This document shows positions 1 through 431 of a DNA stretch of 431 nt, in pieces; the stretch's first letter is position 1; the number at the start of each line of letters is the position of its first letter. Both the position numbers and the translations under genes were made by a program. The stretch lies in the NCBI RefSeq assembly GCF_003334385.1, contig NZ_QOWN01000183.1; one strand, given 5' to 3'. The notes under the pieces were generated by a model that searched no databases, was not told the DNA's origin, and worked only from the letters and a program-made list of their open reading frames with translations. This stretch comes from Escherichia coli. Lineage in GTDB: Bacteria; Pseudomonadota; Gammaproteobacteria; Enterobacterales; Enterobacteriaceae.

Positions 1-77
1 GCAACCAGCATTAGTGAAAATGAAATACCGACAATCACACACAGGACCTTTGCCGGCGTTATGAGTTTGTCTGACAT
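1..77 (-). CDS. 5' end of a protein-coding gene (start ATG at 77-75, continues beyond window position 1); hydrophobic N-terminus suggests a membrane or secreted protein; identity unknown
   Basis: Minus-strand ATG at 77-75 is the first start after an in-frame TAA (89-87). It is preceded by AAGGGG (88-83) with a 5-nt spacer. The frame stays open to position 1 and reads MSDKLITPAKVLCVIVGISFSLMLV..., with a hydrophobic stretch from about residue 10. The supplied track omits it, apparently because it is partial. Confidence 0.6.
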   Translation of the reverse strand, partial: MSDKLITPAKVLCVIVGISFSLMLV

Positions 78-79
78 AG

Positions 80-175
80 CTACCCCTTAATTGCCACAAT
101 TAACTGGGATACTACCCATAAAAAAGGGATGCTCCAGACCAGCAAAAATTTCCAGTTTGGTAATTGACTAATCAT
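80..175 (-). CDS. Candidate small ORF, 31 aa (MISQLPNWKFLLVWSIPFLWVVSQLIVAIKG), predicted single-pass small membrane protein; hypothetical
   Basis: This is the internal ATG (175-173) of the 70-aa track ORF, in the same frame, with TAG stop at 82-80. AGGGAG (190-185) lies 9 nt upstream. The peptide has a roughly 20-residue hydrophobic core (FLLVWSIPFLWVVSQLIVAI) flanked by K residues. Caveat: the minus strand is T-rich here, which favours hydrophobic codons by chance. Confidence 0.35.
   Translation of the reverse strand: MISQLPNWKFLLVWSIPFLWVVSQLIVAIKG
83..88 (-). promoter_or_regulatory. Shine-Dalgarno / ribosome-binding site (AAGGGG) for the gene starting at 77
   Basis: Minus-strand AAGGGG lies 5 nt upstream of the ATG (AAGGGGtagctATG), a near-ideal spacing for a purine-rich Shine-Dalgarno. 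Confidence 0.6.
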
Positions 176-184
176 GAGTCGCAA

Positions 185-190
185 CTCCCT
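185..190 (-). promoter_or_regulatory. Putative Shine-Dalgarno (AGGGAG) for the candidate small ORF
   Basis: Minus-strand reads AGGGAGttgcgactcATG. The GGAG core is present and the 9-nt spacer is at the long end of the functional range. Confidence 0.35.
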
Positions 191-240
191 AATCAGTTTG
201 CTAAAATCAATCAAGGCAGCCTCCCATAGCTTACTGCCAT

Positions 241-280
241 AAAAACAAAACCCCGCTTGCTGCCAACAAACGGGGTTTTT
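241..280. terminator. Rho-independent (intrinsic) terminator, potentially bidirectional
   Basis: Stem 251-259 (CCCCGCTTG) pairs with 267-275 (CAAACGGGG): 9 bp with one C/A mismatch and five G-C pairs, loop 260-266. It is followed on the plus strand by TTTTT (276-280) and preceded by AAAAACAAAA (241-250), which is UUUUGUUUUU on the minus strand. The minus-strand TAA stop at 287-285 lies 9 nt before the hairpin. Confidence 0.75.
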
Positions 281-284
281 ACTT

Positions 285-431
285 TTATTCACTTACATTT
301 TGCCAGTTCGCAGGATTTCGTGTTATCCGTCCGCCTTGGCCAACGTCATTTATTAGCAAAATATTCTGCTTATCTGTCGATTCCCCAGCACGCCAGCGCG
401 CTCTCCTGGTCTCGCCGGGATACCTGACCGT
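285..431 (-). CDS. 3' end of an upstream protein-coding gene (enters from beyond 431, TAA stop at 287-285); product unknown; frame assignment uncertain
   Basis: Minus-strand frame is open from 431 to the TAA at 287-285 (48 codons: ...TVRYPGETRRARWRAGESTDKQNILLINDVGQGGRITRNPANWQNVSE*), and the stop is followed immediately by the terminator. Caveat: this frame holds several codons rare in enterobacteria (AGG x2, AGA, CGA, CGG, CTA, ATA x2). Another minus frame, stopping at 372-370, and a stop-free plus frame are also open here. Confidence 0.4.
   Translation of the reverse strand, partial: TVRYPGETRRARWRAGESTDKQNILLINDVGQGGRITRNPANWQNVSE

Noticed and set aside
1-90. Plus-strand open frame ending at TAA 88-90 (…FAGVMSLSDIATP*), including a 9-codon ATG ORF at 61-90.
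   Set aside because: There is no start context or ribosome-binding site for the short ORF, whereas the opposite strand has a textbook AAGGGG-N5-ATG start with an in-frame upstream stop and a hydrophobic N-terminus. The minus-strand reading is preferred.
107-132. Direct repeat GGGATAC (107-113) / GGGATGC (126-132) and the short GGCAG-N14-CTGCC inverted repeat at 215-238.
   Set aside because: These are short, imperfect and within chance expectation for a 431-bp window. No supporting context.
174-242. Plus-strand 22-codon ORF (MSRNSLISLLKSIKAASHSLLP) as a protein-coding gene.
   Set aside because: There is no purine-rich Shine-Dalgarno within 15 nt upstream, and the ATG arises from the palindromic TCATGA shared with the minus-strand start. 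More plausibly non-coding; considered only as part of a possible antisense RNA.
80-280. Type I toxin-antitoxin locus (small hydrophobic toxin peptide plus antisense RNA).
   Set aside because: The peptide is hydrophobic and an antisense terminator exists, but the ORF is translationally coupled to a downstream gene like an operon-embedded accessory peptide. It lacks the strongly charged C-terminal tail common in Hok/Ldr/TisB-type toxins, and no antisense promoter could be confirmed.
80-292. Full-length 70-aa minus-strand ORF from the supplied six-frame track (MNKSKNPVCWQQ...VAIKG).
   Set aside because: It has a GTG start without a Shine-Dalgarno, embedded in the upstream gene's final codons, and its frame traverses the intrinsic terminator. 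Only the C-terminal 31 codons from the internal ATG at 175 are retained as a candidate.
178-431. Stop-free plus-strand frame of 84 codons running through the terminator to the window edge, with favourable codons in 385-431.
   Set aside because: There is no ATG, GTG or TTG in this frame anywhere in the window, no Shine-Dalgarno, and it reads through the terminator hairpin. A plus-strand gene here would also collide with the well-supported minus-strand start at 77. Kept only as a frame-ambiguity caveat.
1-431. Screen for tRNA or rRNA genes, CRISPR repeats, IS terminal inverted repeats, REP elements or integration sites.
   Set aside because: No cloverleaf-compatible segment, no repeated spacer-repeat units, no terminal inverted repeats and no REP-like GC-rich palindromes were seen.

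Overview
This 431-bp window reads best as a junction between two genes on the minus strand, separated by an AT-rich spacer of about 200 bp. From right to left on the minus strand: (1) the 3' end of an upstream gene, open from 431 down to a TAA stop at 287-285, with uncertain frame; (2) a rho-independent terminator hairpin at 251-275, flanked by an A-tract and a T-tract so it could act in either direction; (3) a candidate 31-codon small ORF (175->83, stop 82-80) encoding a single hydrophobic helix, preceded by an AGGGAG Shine-Dalgarno; (4) the start of a downstream gene (ATG 77-75) with a strong AAGGGG Shine-Dalgarno and a hydrophobic N-terminus, running off the left edge. The small ORF's stop codon sits between the downstream gene's Shine-Dalgarno and its ATG, an arrangement typical of translationally coupled small membrane proteins. 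The 70-aa ORF in the supplied track is most likely an artefactual extension of this small ORF through the terminator and into the upstream gene's last codons. I could not identify either flanking gene by name, and found no tRNA, rRNA, CRISPR, IS-end or REP-like signatures. The signals look like a Gram-negative, possibly enterobacterial, genome, but that is an impression only. All calls rest on manual reading of the sequence; no database search was possible.
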